Notes: generated by a model from the letters alone, not told the origin. A DNA stretch of 64,000 bases from Vitrella brassicaformis CCMP3155 (GCA_001179505.1 CDMY01000677.1:236753-300752), one strand, 5' to 3'. Shown: positions 23,789 through 37,747, numbered from the stretch's first letter. Program-made: numbers and translations.

Positions 23789-26393
23789 TCACGCTGGTGT
23801 GCGGCACGTCCTCTCGGGCGACGACAGAGCACTCGCAGGCAGAGGTTTGGGGAAGTCGATGGGCAGGGGCAGGAGGGCGGCAGTTGGCATGGCGGGGAGG
23901 GGGCCTCTCACCACCTGACACAACACATTACAGGAATTATCTCTCACGTGCAGGTGTGTGTGTCCATCGCACCCACCTGATACACTTCGATGACGTCAGC
24001 CGTGAAGTCAAGGCGGTCTGCGAGAATGTTGTCGCCGTCGGAAAGCACCGTGCCGGTGAATCCTGGTGGTGTGATGTCTTCGGGGATCCACTGATGGCAG
24101 CTGAGGATGGAGGGCGACGGAGTGGACGACCGAGAGAACCCCAGCCAGAGTTTGGCGCCTGCAATGAAGATCTTGCTGGAAATGGTGCCGCTGTTCGACA
24201 GCACAGCTCCGTCCCTCCCGGCCACCTCCACCCGCTGCCTGCCTTGCGGTGGGTGGATCTGTGTGGGCTGAGGGAAGCTGCCGCTCAGTGAAAAGAAGAA
24301 GAGCTCCCCTCTGGTCGTCTGTGTGGATGTCGGGTCGCTGGGTTGGTTCAGGGAGCCGTCGAAGAAGACGCCAAACTTGTTGCTGCGGTTCTTGACGGCG
24401 AACAGCAGACCGTGAGCCGACCCCACCTTGCCCATGAGGTCAGCGAAGCTGTCACCGTCACGTGTCGACCTGACGGACAAGAGAGGCAGTCCTCTTCGCG
24501 TATCCACTGCTTTATTCCCACTTGTTTCGTCTTGCCTGTAGAGCAGACGGAGCCGCGCATCTTGGAATGGTCGTCTCAGCCACCGCCGCAGATGGGGTAT
24601 GTGTGGCCTCTTGATGAGTGAGGGGCTGTCAGAAACGCCAAAACCCACCTTGTCGACCTATAAGCACAAAGCAAGTCATCACCTGTCCCTCTCTCTGTCG
24701 CTTCTGCCTTTCCTTTCCTCTCACGTGTTGGTAGATGTATCTGAGATTGTCGGGGTCGTTGAAGTTGCACTGATGGCCCTCAGTCAGCAGCAGCTGAATC
24801 GTTATCACGACGCCCAATGCGTAAGCCTTCTTCGTGTCAGGCTGCATCGAAGAAAAATCGTTGCCAATGAGGCCGTCCAGCCGCTCGACGAGCACATCGA
24901 CATCGGTCGTCATGGGAGCCAGCCGCGCACCCTCTGTCGCACCAACCTGGACGGGGAGCAACACACGTGTCTATGTCCTCTCTCAGTGCTACCTAGTGCT
25001 TGCCGCTGGCTCACCGCTCGTGGCGGCAGCCCTCTCGGTGTCCGTCTGTCGTGTCTGAAGACGCTGTGGACCCACGAGTAGGCGTTGCTGCCGAAGACGG
25101 GGCAGTCGGGCGGAATGGGCTCACCGGGGAAACTCAACTCATGCAGCGATCGGGCCGTTTGAACGGCCTGCAGAACAGGTTGCTTAGTTCAGAACTACCT
25201 TGGCTGCTTGATTACCGACCGTGTCGAGTTTGTAGATCTCTCGGACTATGCCGTTCCCGCAGCTGTGCAGCTTGCCCAGGTACTGCATGGAACAGTTGTG
25301 CCCTGTCTGTGCTGCCTGTGGGATGAAGCCTGCCCAGATGCCGTCCGCTCCCCGCCGCACACACTCCCACGCCATGGCCTGCGAGCTGTCCGAGTGAGGC
25401 GCCGCGTGTGAGTGCACCAGCAGCTTGAAGTCGCCAGACGGGAATGACAGCCTGACACAAAACGAACTCGAATGTGGTGGAGTGTCAATGGCCATCTGCG
25501 GCCGCTTCTCACCTGAGTCGCGAGGTCACTTCAGCGTAGTCGTCGATGTCAGCGTTGCCCAAGCCGCCCTCAAAACAGATGCCTTTCAGGATCGCGGTGC
25601 TCTCTGACGTCAAGGAATCGATCACTTCCTGCACTCACAAACACAATGACACCAACACGTGCATTATCCTTGAGCAAATCGCCTCACCTTCACTTGTGGA
25701 GCGTCCAGGCTCACGTCGGAGTCCAGCAGATCCACGAAATTGATGTACAGGTGATTGCGCTTCAGCCACCTGTACCCCGACGCGCTGGGCTGAGAGTCTT
25801 CGTGAGGCATGCCATCATTGTCGGCGGCCATGACCACGTCCCTGTCGAGCCTCCTGAAGTGCTCGTGGATGCGGCCGATGGTGGTCTGGAGGCTTTGAAG
25901 TGAGCTACTGCCTGTGCGGGCGCCCGCAAATGTGTAGTCGAGCATCACATTGGGGATGCCGGATGCCTCCAGCCTCGCCAGTGCCTCATCGTCGCCTGAC
26001 AAAGCACAGAACGCCGCTCATCAGTGACATGAACATGACCCTTCGGAACGGGGCCCCTCACGCACCTGTTCCCAGCATGAACCAGCAGCCGCTCATCCGC
26101 GGCTCCTCGGCCCGCAGCAGCTGCGCAAATCGGTCTTCCACCCGCGGCATAGACCCATAGTAGTGGCCGACGACAGCCACGTCGCGGAAGCCGAATGCCC
26201 GCCCTTTGCGGAAGATCCTGATCTTGACGTCTGGCGTGTGGCCGAAAGGGGTCGTTGTGGCCGACTCAGGGATGCTGTGGTCAATGATGTCAAGGGGATT
26301 GGCCTTCCTGAGCTGCTCTCTCGTTGTGCGTCGGCGAGGCCGGCGCCTTGAAGTCCGCTCCGACTCTGCGGTCTCATCGCCGCTCGAGGCCAT
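23789..26393 (-). CDS. DRE-TIM/HMGL-like + TLDc fusion, copy C (appears intact, distinct N-terminus)
   Basis: MASSGDETAESERTSRRRPRRRTTREQLRKANPLDIIDHSIPES..., LVHSHAAPHSDSSQAMAWECVRRGADGIWAGFIPQAAQTGHN, and TLDc RLRLLYR|STRDGDSFADLMGKVG. The exons I checked splice in frame. Confidence 0.72.
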
Positions 26394-26535
26394 GCGTGGG
26401 GAGATCTCAGATCTCTGGAAGAAGAGCTCGCAGAGAGGATCGCCGGTGCGCGAACGAAAGGAATGACTCATCCATGAGGCTCCAGAGCGTTTGCTCCACA
26501 GATCTTGATCAAGATTTGAAGAATCGGACACATCA

Positions 26536-29500
26536 ATGGCTTTCTTGCGATGCCTGTCGTCGCTGCCCTTCCCGCCCTTCCCACGACCAAGGAGGCCTCT
26601 CTCCCTCTGTGCGCTCTCCAGCCGTCATCAGTCGAGAGCCCAGTCATCATCCAGCAAGACGAGCAGCAACAACAGCAACACCATGACTGTGGACCGGCTG
26701 CCCATCGACAGTTCGCTCAAGCAGGCCCTGGCATCGCTGAAGATCACCTCTCTATTCGACATCCAGCGGGACGTCTTCCACCCCATTCTGCAAGGGATGA
26801 ACGTCGTCGGCCGCTCGCGCACCGGCACGGGCAAGACGCTGGCCTACCTAGTGCCTGTGCTGCAGCGCATGAAGATGGAGAAGCTCCATGCCAGCGATGC
26901 GGCCGTGCTGATTCTGCTGCCGACACGAGAGCTGGCCAAACAGGTGTGCTGCAGGAATGTCGCATACGTGGCGATCTGTAAGTGTGGGGCGTGTATGTGT
27001 GTGCAGGTTGGGATGGTGCTGTTGGGTCTGAGCAGCTCGTTCCTTCACTTGAACATCGCCCTGCTGTATGGCGGTGCGCCGGTGGCTCCCCAGGCACAGC
27101 TGCTGAAGCTGCAGCCCAACGTCGTCATCGGCACGCCGGGGAGGTGCCAGCTGATGGTGAGTGACCGAACGAGGCCTTACGTAGCCGACGGTCGGGTGTG
27201 TGTTCTCCTCGTCAGGTGGATAAGGGTCTCTTGTCGCTGTCGTCGACTAAGGTAGTCATCATCGACGAGGCAGATGCTCTCATGGCCCATGGATTCGCTG
27301 CACAAGTCCAGACGTGAGCATGACACCAAACCTCACCCTCTTTCACATTTCTGAGGTTCCCCTCTGTTCCTGCAGCCTGCTGCAAGGCGTCGGGCAGAAC
27401 AACGCCAAGTTCCAGAGCCTTCTCTTCACGGCCTCCTTCACCCCCGAGCTGAGGGCCCTCATCGACAAACACTTTGACACACCCACGTCGGCAGCAGAGA
27501 CAGGCACCAACACAGGGGGCGATGGCAAGTGCCGCACAGTGGTGATTGACACAGTGGAGGGCACACGTGTGGGGGTGGACGACAAGGGCAAGGCCAGCGA
27601 GACCGTCACTGGTGAGAAAAAACATGCGGGGAGACAAAGCGCCCATTGACAGATATGTGGATTGCCGACAACTTCTCTGTTGTTTGTTCAGTGCCGACGA
27701 CGGTTCAGCAGGTCCGTCATTACGTGCTCAAGGTCCCCACTCTGGCGTCGCCCCACTCCCCCACCCCGACGGACCCCTCTTCTCCTTTAGACCTCACAGC
27801 CACCTCCACACTGACGTCCCACCGGAACGTCGAGAGGCGGCTGCGTGTGCTCATCCAGCTTCTTACCGACAAGCTGCGGCTGAAGCCTTACCGCGGGAGT
27901 CTTGCCAAGGATGGTTCTCGGGGGAGGGGGAAGGCGATAGTGTTTGCGGGCATGAAGGAGGTGGAGATGGTTGTGCGCCATCCTGCCTTGGAGGGGCACG
28001 CGAGAGCCCTGCACTCGAAGCTCGATCAGACACAGAGGTACGCAGTGGAGGGGAAAGGGCCGTGGAGCAGAAGAGCATTACCCCTGTGTGAGTGTTGCAG
28101 AGATTTCATTCTCAATGGGTTTGCCGAGAACAAGGTGAGTCCGTCACGCACAGCGGACAGACAGTATGTGAGTGTGCGCGTGTGTGTGTCGGTCAGTATC
28201 GAGTGTTGGTGTGCACCGACTTGGTTGCCCGCGGGCTGGACTACCCCGACGTCACACACGTGGTGCACTTCAGACCGCCCGCAGAACCCAACAACTACAT
28301 ACACAGGCAAGGCAGACACACACACACATGAACGATGCATGAGACGAACGAATCAATGTGTGTTGGCATCACATGCAGAGCTGGCCGCACTGGTCGTGCC
28401 GGCAAGGGTGGCGAGAGCATCATGATGTATTCCAGTGACGAGTACCCCCTCGTCAAGGCCATCCACACCCTCACACGACAGCAGTTCACACCCCTCCCCA
28501 CACCCGACCCCAAAGACCTGGAAAGGACCCACACACAACAGCTCATGAGTGAGTGCCCGCACAACAGACAGGCAGCCACACCCAGTCTCTCCATTTGTGT
28601 GTCTGCCAGATGCGCTGCACGACATCATATCGTCCACTGACGACGGCACACTCAACGACAGCGAGCTCGACTACCGCCCATACCTGCCAGCAGCCGAGCG
28701 GCTCATCAAGACACACGGTGCCGCGCCACTTGCAAACGCCCTCGCACTGCTGGACGGAGGGTGGGCACACACACACACAGACGCAGTGGACTCTGCCGTG
28801 CCATTTGTGTTGGCTGGGTCGTGTGTGTGGTGTGCAGGAGTGTGCCTTTGGCATCCGGACTACCGGCTCCCCTGCGTGTGTCCCCGCTGTCCGGTCGTCG
28901 GGGCTTCATGCCACTCGCACTCATCGACACCAACCACACTGTGAGTGAGTGCAGCCGTTCCATGACGGCCACGAATGCCGGCGTGTGTGTGCGTGCAGGT
29001 GTTGACGAATGCCGACAGGGTCCGTGCGGTGCTGCAGGAGCGGATGCCGGTGCTCAAGCAGAAGAAGGCTGCACTCGGACGCATCGTCAAGACAGCAAAC
29101 GGATACGTCTTCGACGTGAAGGTGGGGAATTGCCTGCCGCCGCGGATGTGCCGATCTATGTGCTCGTGTCCGTGTGTCAGTATGTGTACGGCGCCAAGCT
29201 GCTGCACGACAGCGAGGAGCGAGCTGCCCTGGAGCAGCTGGGCGTACAGCTCACACACGTCAGCCAGGTACAGGGAAACGACACACGCGCTCACTCACCC
29301 AGCCACACACATCGACGTGCAACATGCACCTCCGCTACTCTCTTAGCTGCCGCGTCTGCTGGTCGATGAGTCTGAGAAGGCCAAGATGCGCAAAAACAAA
29401 AAGCTGCCGTGGAGACGGTAAGCGAGTCCGCCGACTGTTACATCCCAGCCACACGTCTGTGTGTGGCTGTGTCTGTAGGAGGAAGGGCGACCGGCAACAT

Positions 29501-29686
29501 CGACTGATAGTGATGGGCCTCTCGGCGCGGCAGGCGTCATCGGCCGGCCTCCACCCGTCCAGGCGCATCACACACCGACAGAGGAGGGCACCCAAGGGTA
29601 CGTTTGAGGCAAGAAAGACGGACCGGGGGGAGGCGGCTGCGTGGCGAATGGCCATGGGAGAGATGATGCGGGCAGGGGGCGGCTGA
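26536..29686 (+). CDS. DEAD-box RNA helicase (DDX21/RH3-like) with an N-terminal organellar transit-peptide-like leader
   Basis: Q-motif LFDIQ, GRSRTGTGKT (I), LLPTRELAKQ (Ia), IGTPGR, IIDEAD (II), LLFTAS (III variant), CTDLVARGLDYPDV (V) and YIHRAGRTGRAG (VI). The N-terminus is S/R-rich and lacks acidic residues. Confidence 0.9.
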
Positions 29687-29828
29687 TGGATGGAGTGTGT
29701 GTGTGTGCTGTGGGTGGGTGGGTGGGCTGGTGACAGTGCTGCGTGTGTGAGCCTCTGTCGATAACTTGGAGTGTGTGACATCGATTTGTCCATTGAAGAG
29801 ATAGTGTACTGAGTCAAACATTTGTCTC

Positions 29829-32585
29829 TCACACATAAGCATCGAGCCCCCTCACTGCAGATGCACACGCAAGGCCCGCCCTCCTGATCAGAATGCTCTT
29901 GGTATGCCGATCCAACGTTCTATACCTCTCCTTGCCCATCCCAAACAGCCGTACAAAGTCTGATGGGTGAAGGTACTCCCACCGCCTCTCGTGGTCCACC
30001 CACGGCGGCAGCCTCGACTCGCTTCTCTCCCGCACCACCTCGTCGAGTGGGAAATACAGCTCAAATGGGTATGGGGAGAAGGGCGGGCTGACGTCACGAG
30101 ATGTCTCACGGAGGGGAGCCCCACAGCAGCTTGGGGACGGCAGGTAGCTGCCTGTGGTGGTTGCGAGGAGGCGGTCTCTGGTCTTGTCGACGATCCTGTC
30201 CTCTTGGAAGAGTCTGCGGGCCGCCGAGAGAGACATGGTGGGCGACGATGGGGCGACTGCCGATGAATACGCGAAGCAGCAGGGGCGTGTGGCGGCGTAG
30301 TGACACACGCGAGCCGCATGACATGACACACGCGATCGACGGGGTGAGGGGGAGTACAGGTGCTCCCTTCCGAGTAATATGGGGAGGTCATGAGAATGGG
30401 ACGCAGGGCAGGCGGTGGTGCTGAGCGGCGGGGAGGCAGTCGATGGCGACATCGATGGATACATGCTGCCCCCTCCTCCTCTCGTCTTGGCATTTGGCGA
30501 CGACGGCCTCGTGTCTCTGTGAGGACTGAGTCGCGGCTGCTGCTTGTGTGGGTTGAATCGAGGGTTCGTGTGGATGAACAGGCCGGTCCGCTCGCCCTCA
30601 TCGATGACACCACGACCGAGAGGCACACGCCCTGCAGCTGCCGTCTTGACTCTGCTGTTTTCTCCCCACTCATTGCCCGACATCAGCAGCGACTTCTGGG
30701 GTGTTTGCTGCTGTGTGGTAGCCATGGTGGCCGACAGGGTGTTGAGCATGCTTGTCAGCTGTGAGATCCACCAGGGGTTGTGTGACGACGCAGAGAGCGT
30801 CAGGTGAGCTGTGGGAGTCGGGGGGAGGAGGTCCTGGGCCGGCTGCTGGGTGGGGGAGGTTATAAGAGACATGAGGGAGGAGGGGGTGTTCGGATGTTGG
30901 GAGGCGTGCAGCGTGGCGCGCTGCTGGGCGAGATACCAGTCGACCAGCTCCTTCAAAAGCTCACGATGGCTCTCAATCGCGTCCTGTGTCGAACACCAAG
31001 CATTGGAGGACATCTCTGACATCCCTATCGCGTCACTCACCTTGACGAATGGATGGTTGCACAGCTCCTCGGCTGACGCCCTTGCACTTGGGTCCAGACG
31101 CACACAGCCTTCCACAAAATCCCGGATGTAGCTGAAAAATGGGACAGACAGGAACCAATCGATGGTATGATTGTCAGCTGCCCCCCTCCCCTACTGGCTG
31201 AATCTGTGTGGGGGGTTGAGCTCTGGCGGGTGCCGCAGCTGCGTCATCTGCAGAAAGAGGCTGATCGGGGTGGCTGAGGGGTCGGTAGTCAACTCGCTCG
31301 TCGGAGGGGACCCCTAAGGGATGGATGGGTGACACACACACATATACACGTCACTGGCCTGTGAGAGACACAAGACCGTTTGAGCATGCCTTTGCCAGCT
31401 CCATCGTCGTGATGCCGAGCGACCAGATGTCAGCCTTCTCGTTGTACCCCTTCTCGCCCAGCACCTACACAGCATCTCAGTGCATGCCTAAGGGGCATCC
31501 CAAGTGTGTGTGTGTGTACACTCACTTCTGGGGCGATCCACAGGGGGCTGCCGCAAACGGCATACACGGTCTCGCCAGGAGAAAACACTGCAGGACAGCA
31601 CATCGCGCCATCGATGTGATGTCCACTCGCTTGTCCATGCCCGACGCTCATTTACGTTTGCTGATTCCAAAGTCTGTCAGGTATGCCCTCCCCTCGTTCG
31701 ACACCAGGATGTTGGCAGCCTTCACGTCTCTGTGGATCAGCCCTTTCTTGTGCAGGCCGTCGAGGGCTCTGCAGACGTCCTTCATGATGACGGCAATCAG
31801 CGACTCGTCGATGCCCCAGCCATCTGAATCGTCATTCTGCTGATACATGTGCACCTATGGAGGCCACACATGGCTGACATCTGGGCAAACAGACACGTGC
31901 TTCCTTCCTTGCTTGCATGGCGCACCAGCGTGTCAAGTGAGCATCCCTCAATGCACTCCATGGCCAGCACCAGGACAGCTTTGTCTCCATCGCCCACCAC
32001 AAAGGACTCATAGAGTGAGGGCGTAAGGCCTGGGATGGTCTCGGACGCCTGCGCAGGAAAAAAAAGCGAACTCTCAATGACTCAAACTTCAAGCAATCCT
32101 ACCAATTTGAGGAACGATATTTCCTGTGCCACATCGGCCAAATCAGCTGGCATCCCGCTCTTCTCCACACCAGCAGCCCCTTGGTTGCCGCCAAAGCTCG
32201 TGACTTGCGGCTGGCTTGACCCGTGAAGAGGCTTGTGTGTGGCGTGATTGAGAGGAATGAGCTTCAACGCAACCGTGGCGGGCAGGTGAGCCGAACTGGA
32301 GGGAGCCGATGGCGAAACGGGAGCCAGAGAGCTGCATGGAAAGGCACTAGCTCTGAGAGGCACTAGCTCTGAATCTCCTTCCCGCTCCCCGCACACTGTG
32401 TCTGCCTTACCATTTCCATACTTCTCCAGAGGCCCCTGACACTCACGCACACACAGAGAGATGCACAAAATGTCGGCGGTCCTCCGGGAGTGTGTGTGAG
32501 ACTCACCTGCTCCAAGGTATTCCTCGATGGAATAGCAGTGCCCTGGGTATTTCCGCGATGGCACCTTCTGGCTTGTCAGCGCCAT
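29829..32585 (-). CDS. STE20-family Ser/Thr kinase with a C-terminal villin-headpiece-like domain
   Basis: LGAG|ASGEVWK, VALKLI, QEISFL, HRDVKAANILV...LTDFG, GSPLWIAPE, YNEKADIWSLGITTMELAKG and AEELCNHPFV. The C-terminus reads LPPWVDHERRWEYLHPSDFVRLFGMGKERYRTLDRHTKSILIRRAGL. Confidence 0.85.
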
Positions 32586-32713
32586 CACTGCTGCCCTTCG
32601 CGTGGTGATGCTCACCGGCCTCAAGAGAGGCGCAGGCCCCTCGCGATCTAAAAAATCGCGCGCCAAGCCCGCGACAGGGGAGCAAAAAGCCTTTCGCTTC
32701 GAATGGCCACACG

Positions 32714-34914
32714 ATGAGGCTACCTGAATACTGGCAACTCAAGGTACAACAATCGCAGACACACATCGCATCTATCGCCTCCCTTCCGATGACCTTCAAG
32801 ATGACCTTTCTCCCCTCCTGTCTGTCTGTCTGTCTGTCTTTGCTTTCTCTGCTCTCTGTCTTCGCTTTCAGTGGTTGTACTTCAACGCGTTTCTTCACAA
32901 GTAAGTAAAGCACGAGAGAAACGTGGGGATCCATTCACTTCACAAACACTTGGCTCCGTGTGTGTCCAATGGCCATCGTGTCTGTCTGCAGTGCCGGGAC
33001 TGGCCGCTTCATCACTCTCTGGTACAAGAACGGATGCGGCTTCACAATCGCCCAAGTCGGCACCATCCTTGCCACCGCCCGAACAGGAGATCTCTTCTTC
33101 ACGCCTTTTTGGTCGGGACTCGCGGACAAGACGCAGCAGGGGCGGCTCATCCTGCTGTCCCTGCAACTGGCACACATGCTCATCTTCCTCTCCCTGCCCC
33201 TCTCCGTCTACCTCACCTCAGCCGACCACCAGTGGCTGCCTTTCATGCAGCCCAACAACCGGTTTCTCATCTTGTGGGTGACGGTAGCCGTCTGGTCTGC
33301 CTTTCGTGGACCGTGCAACCCTCTGCGTGACGCGTTAGCTTTGGCTGCATTGGGGAAAGAGAAGGCTAAATGGGGCCAGCAGCGGCTTTATGGAGCGGTC
33401 AGCTGGGGAATCGCACACGCGATTCTCGGGCTGTCGATGGACTATGGGGGGTTTGCCGTTTTGTTCATTCTCTTCACTCTCTCTGGTGCGTGGAGGAAAG
33501 AGGCCGTCAACCAATTGTGTGTATGTGTGTGTGTGTCCGTTATCTCTCTCGTGTGTGCAGGTGTGATGCTGTCGTTCACGCAAGTCGCGTGTCTGCCCGC
33601 GAGTACGAGCGAATCACGGCAGGCTGTGGATCTGCTGGCGGGGCTCAAGCAGCTGGTGGTGCAGCCGCACGTCGGCATCTTCTTCCTCAACCTCTTGACG
33701 ATCGGCGCATGCTTTAGTCTAGTCGAGAGCCTGCTGTTCCTGCGGATGGACGAGCTGCACGCATCCAATTTCCTCTGCGGCCTTTCGGTAAGGCCTAAGC
33801 AGCAGATGGGTGGGACCTGCCTACGTGGAGACCTATCTCTCCCTCTCCCTCTGTGTGTGTGTGTGCGTGTGTGTGAAGGTGGTTGTGACGGTGGTGTTTG
33901 AGCTGCCGATCATGTATTGGTCTGAGGTCTTCATCCGTCGGCTCGGTGTGGCGGGCATGGTCATCGTCGGACAGGCCGCATGGATCGTCAGGGCTATCGG
34001 GGTAAGCCAGATATATGCTACACCACCACACACAAGCAAATTTATGGCTTGCTGCTCGTTTGTATGCCTTTTGCGTCTTTTTCCTTCAGTACACGATGGT
34101 ACCATCAGCCTGGTCAGTAGACACGGAACGAGCCGCTGAACCAGAAAGCTCAGCTGCGTGGTGTGCGGTTGCCTGTGTGCAGGTGGTACCTGTTGCTGGA
34201 ACCTCTCCACGGCATCACCTACGGCCTCGTCTGGTGCGCGGGCGTCCACTACTGCTCGCTGCCAGAGATATGGCCTGAAGGGCTGGAGGCCACCGCACAG
34301 GTAATGCTGATTGATGTGACTGGCTGAGTGTGGTACGTGTGTGCGCGTTGTGTATATGTGCAGGGTCTGCTGACGTTGGCTCACTTCGGTTTGGGTCCTG
34401 TGTTGGGGACGAGTTTGGGTGGGCTGGTGATGGACAAGTGGGGCGCTGACACCATGTACAGGTAGGTATCTCCCACACTCACACGCCCATCCACACCCTA
34501 GCTATCGCCATCGAACCATGTGCGTGTGTTGTTCCATTTGCCAGGGGTGCGGCCATAGTGTGTCTGATGTCGCTGCTGCTCTACACCTTCTCAGCCCTTG
34601 TCAACGGCGACCTCTACTCGCCCTTCCACCGCTACGCCGTCATCAAGAAGGGCGCCAGCGACTTCCACCTCACAGACACTAGAAGGAAAGGGGAGGCCGC
34701 CGTCACCCCACTGCCCCTCAAACACACGAGACATACCGACAGGTCGCCGCTGTCGTCTGTGGGCTCATCGACGTGTGACCACACGCCGAGCGAGGGCAAA
34801 GGGCTGTCGCCCGTCAGCTCAATGCCGGAGGTGCTGGGCAAGCAAGAGGTGGCGGGAGAGAGGGATTGGGAGGGAGAGCAGCTGATTGTCGGCGGCTGTG
34901 AGGACAGTTGCTGA
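32714..34914 (+). CDS. Major facilitator superfamily transporter (MFSD6/MFS_1-like)
   Basis: MRLPEYWQLK|WLYFNAFLH..., PFWSGLADKT (MFS loop motif), WGQQRLYGAVSWG, LLEPLHGITYGLVW and multiple hydrophobic helices. Confidence 0.85.
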
Positions 34915-35910
34915 GGGATCGGGAAGCGGGGGCAGAGGTGTGTGGGTGTTTTGTGTGTGAGTGTGCTGGCTAACGCTCATGCGTGCTTAGTTGTCCGTCT
35001 CTGTGTGTTCGTCACGCGCACACACGTCCCTCCATACACACACACATACCGACCAGCCAGCCAGCACCTTCAAATGCCTGCCTGGCTCCATCCATGGAGT
35101 GTGTGTGAGCGTGTGTGTGTGTGTTAGCTATCAGTTTGGGGGCGGTTTTGGATTTTTGTTGTGTGTTGGTCTCTGTCTGTGTAAGTGTATCCTTCGCATG
35201 TGTTCCTTTGGTGCTTCCCTATCGTCCACGCAAGACCAGGAAGACACACAAGGGGAAGCGATACATCTGCATATACACACACACGGGGTGGGAGTGAGTA
35301 CGCACCTGCCGACCGGCCAGCACTTTTCAAATGGCTGGCCCCATCACGATGTAACTGCGGGCGAGCCTGTGCGCGTTTCTACTCACTAGCTGTGCCTCTT
35401 TATGTGTCGGTCCTGTGCGGCGTGTCGATCGATGGAGCGGCAGGCAGCCGGCGTGGCTTCAGCGGGCCCCTTGTTGCCTCTGTAAGTCGGGAATTCATTG
35501 TGTGTGTGTGTCGGAGTGGGGAGGGTGACTAGCGGACGTGCTCGTGTGTGTGTGTTTGGTCCACCGTTTTTGTAGATGTGTACACGCTGTTGCACCGACC
35601 ATCAGGAATCAAGGATATGAGCTGATCAGCATGAAGGTCTTGACCAAAAATACGTCCCATCCCATCCACAGACAGACAGACAGACAGACAGCCACTCATC
35701 CATCACACCGACACCGCAGCCGTAGCCAGCCCCCCCGGGTCATACAAAAAGGTAGCGATAGAGGGGCGACTTGGCCAGCCACACAGACAAACAATTCACT
35801 CACTCAGAGACACGCACTCTAGAGGGAGGCGGTTCTCTGGGAGAGCCGAGGCTAGTCGGGCATGCGCACATCCCACAGCAAGGTGGCCGCGCCGTCCTTG
35901 TCTTCCCCCA

Positions 35911-37446
35911 TCAGAGCTCGAGCTTGACAGTGCCGCCCTCCGACACGCCGACCGACTCGGACCCCTGAGCCAAATCAACCTGACCCTGCGCAGCACAGGA
36001 GGGCAACGCAGCACCCATTCTTCGATGTGCGCATGCAGTAGTTTGTCCTCACTGACCGTGTTGGAAGCGTCCATGTCCAACTCGATCTTCTCGCCGGGTT
36101 TGAACGCTGGTTGACCTGCGAGCCAGCCAACACGCAGCAAGAGGTCGGGATTTATTGCATGCATACGAACTGAAAGTCTGCGCACCTTTGTATGGGCACC
36201 CTGCGCACCGGAAGGCGTCACCCAAATAGCACTGCACAGTGCATGAACCACAGCAACCCACACATGTGATCGTCTGCAATCATTGTGCTTCCATCTGTCA
36301 TGTCGCTATCCTTCGGGCGTACGTTGCCGCAGGACGACCTGACGCCGCCAGTCTCGAGTTTCTTCTTGGCCTCCTCCGCCCCGATTTTCTTCTCCAGCTC
36401 GGCCCGCCCACACGTGCAGTTGGCGCACGCCTTGGGCTTGGACGCACAACTCTCCTTGCCTGATGGACGGGGAAGGACATCGGCCGATGGACACACACAC
36501 ACACACATGTAAGACACACACATGAACATGAGGCATGGCGTGTTTGGTGTGAAGTGTTGGCTGACTGACTGACCGGCTCCGAGTGGTTTGTACTCCTCTT
36601 TGTCGTCGATGAGGGAGCTCTCGTCGATCAACTCCTCCTCACCGGGGCTGTCGACTGACAACCAATACACACACACACACACACACACACGACGCATGAA
36701 GGGATGAAGGGATGGCGTGACACACCGCATTGTACACAGCGCATCACTGCTCACTTTTGACGGCCGTGGCGGCGCCCAGGTCCCAGTCCGGCTTCTTGCA
36801 CACAAACTGACCCACATGGCGCCAAAAGCACAGACACACTCGATGGAACACTCTGTGTGGCGGTTGTCGGAGTGTGCTTCTTCTCTCACCTGCACGATGA
36901 ACTGTTTGTTGTCAGCCGAGTCCCTCCTGGACACATCGCCGTCGATGAACCCGGCGTACATCGCGTTCTTGCTCACCCCCTCTATGAAACCATCAGCCTG
37001 AACATCATACACACACACACACACACGGCACGTCAGTCATCCCTCTGCCCTCCCCTCGGCTCTGCTCTTGCTTACGTCGTCGACAACACATTGGACGGTG
37101 CAGTTGCCGCCCGGTTTGAGTGCTGTGAAGCAGCTGGTGAGGAAGACCAAATCCAGCGGCAGCGTCCCCTTGGTCGCGTAGCACGACACGCCCTCAAACT
37201 GATCACGGTAGCCTACAACACACACCACGCCACACAGCCCACACCGGGAGAGAAGAGAATCAACCAACAGCCAGCCATTGTGTTGTGTCTGGTCGTGTGT
37301 TGGCGCTCACCAGCAGTGGCGATGGCTTCTGGTTCGATGACCGTTGCGTTTGCGGCCCTGTAGTTCTTGATGAGCTGCCCGCAGCCCTCGTCGCCCGCCG
37401 ACGCCACCACCAGCAGACGCCCTTTGAAAATCGACGGCAGGTGCAT
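35911..37446 (-). CDS. DRE2: Anamorsin/Dre2 (CIAPIN1) cytosolic Fe-S assembly protein
   Basis: Degenerate N-terminal methyltransferase-like part (ALKPGG), acidic linker EEELIDESSLID, and the motifs SCASKPKACANCTCG and SSCGN|CYLGDAFRCAGCPYKG|QPAFKPGEKI. Confidence 0.92.
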
Positions 37447-37747
37447 TATCTCACTCCCAAAATCAGACGAAACAAGCACGGGACAGCTACACCAGCACCT
37501 ACAGGAGCTCTTGGCAGACAAAAAGCGCAGGGGTTTGTGGACGCGAGCTTACGGCACCGTAAAACAAATGCGGTGAGGAAATCGTCGCGAATCGCAGGAA
37601 AAGGGCGCTGGTGTGGCATCTGCATTCGCTCAGTGGCCGGGCTGGGGGCCCTCTTCATCATCACGAGTGCGTGACGCGGTGAGGCGCGGCCATCCGGACA
37701 CGACAGAAAGGGACGTCCCTCCAGGAGGCTCGAGAGGCTGAGTGAAG

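Noticed and set aside
27420-27440. DEAD-box motif III reading TAS instead of SAT
   Set aside because: All other helicase motifs are canonical and small-residue variation at motif III is known. Not enough for a separate claim.
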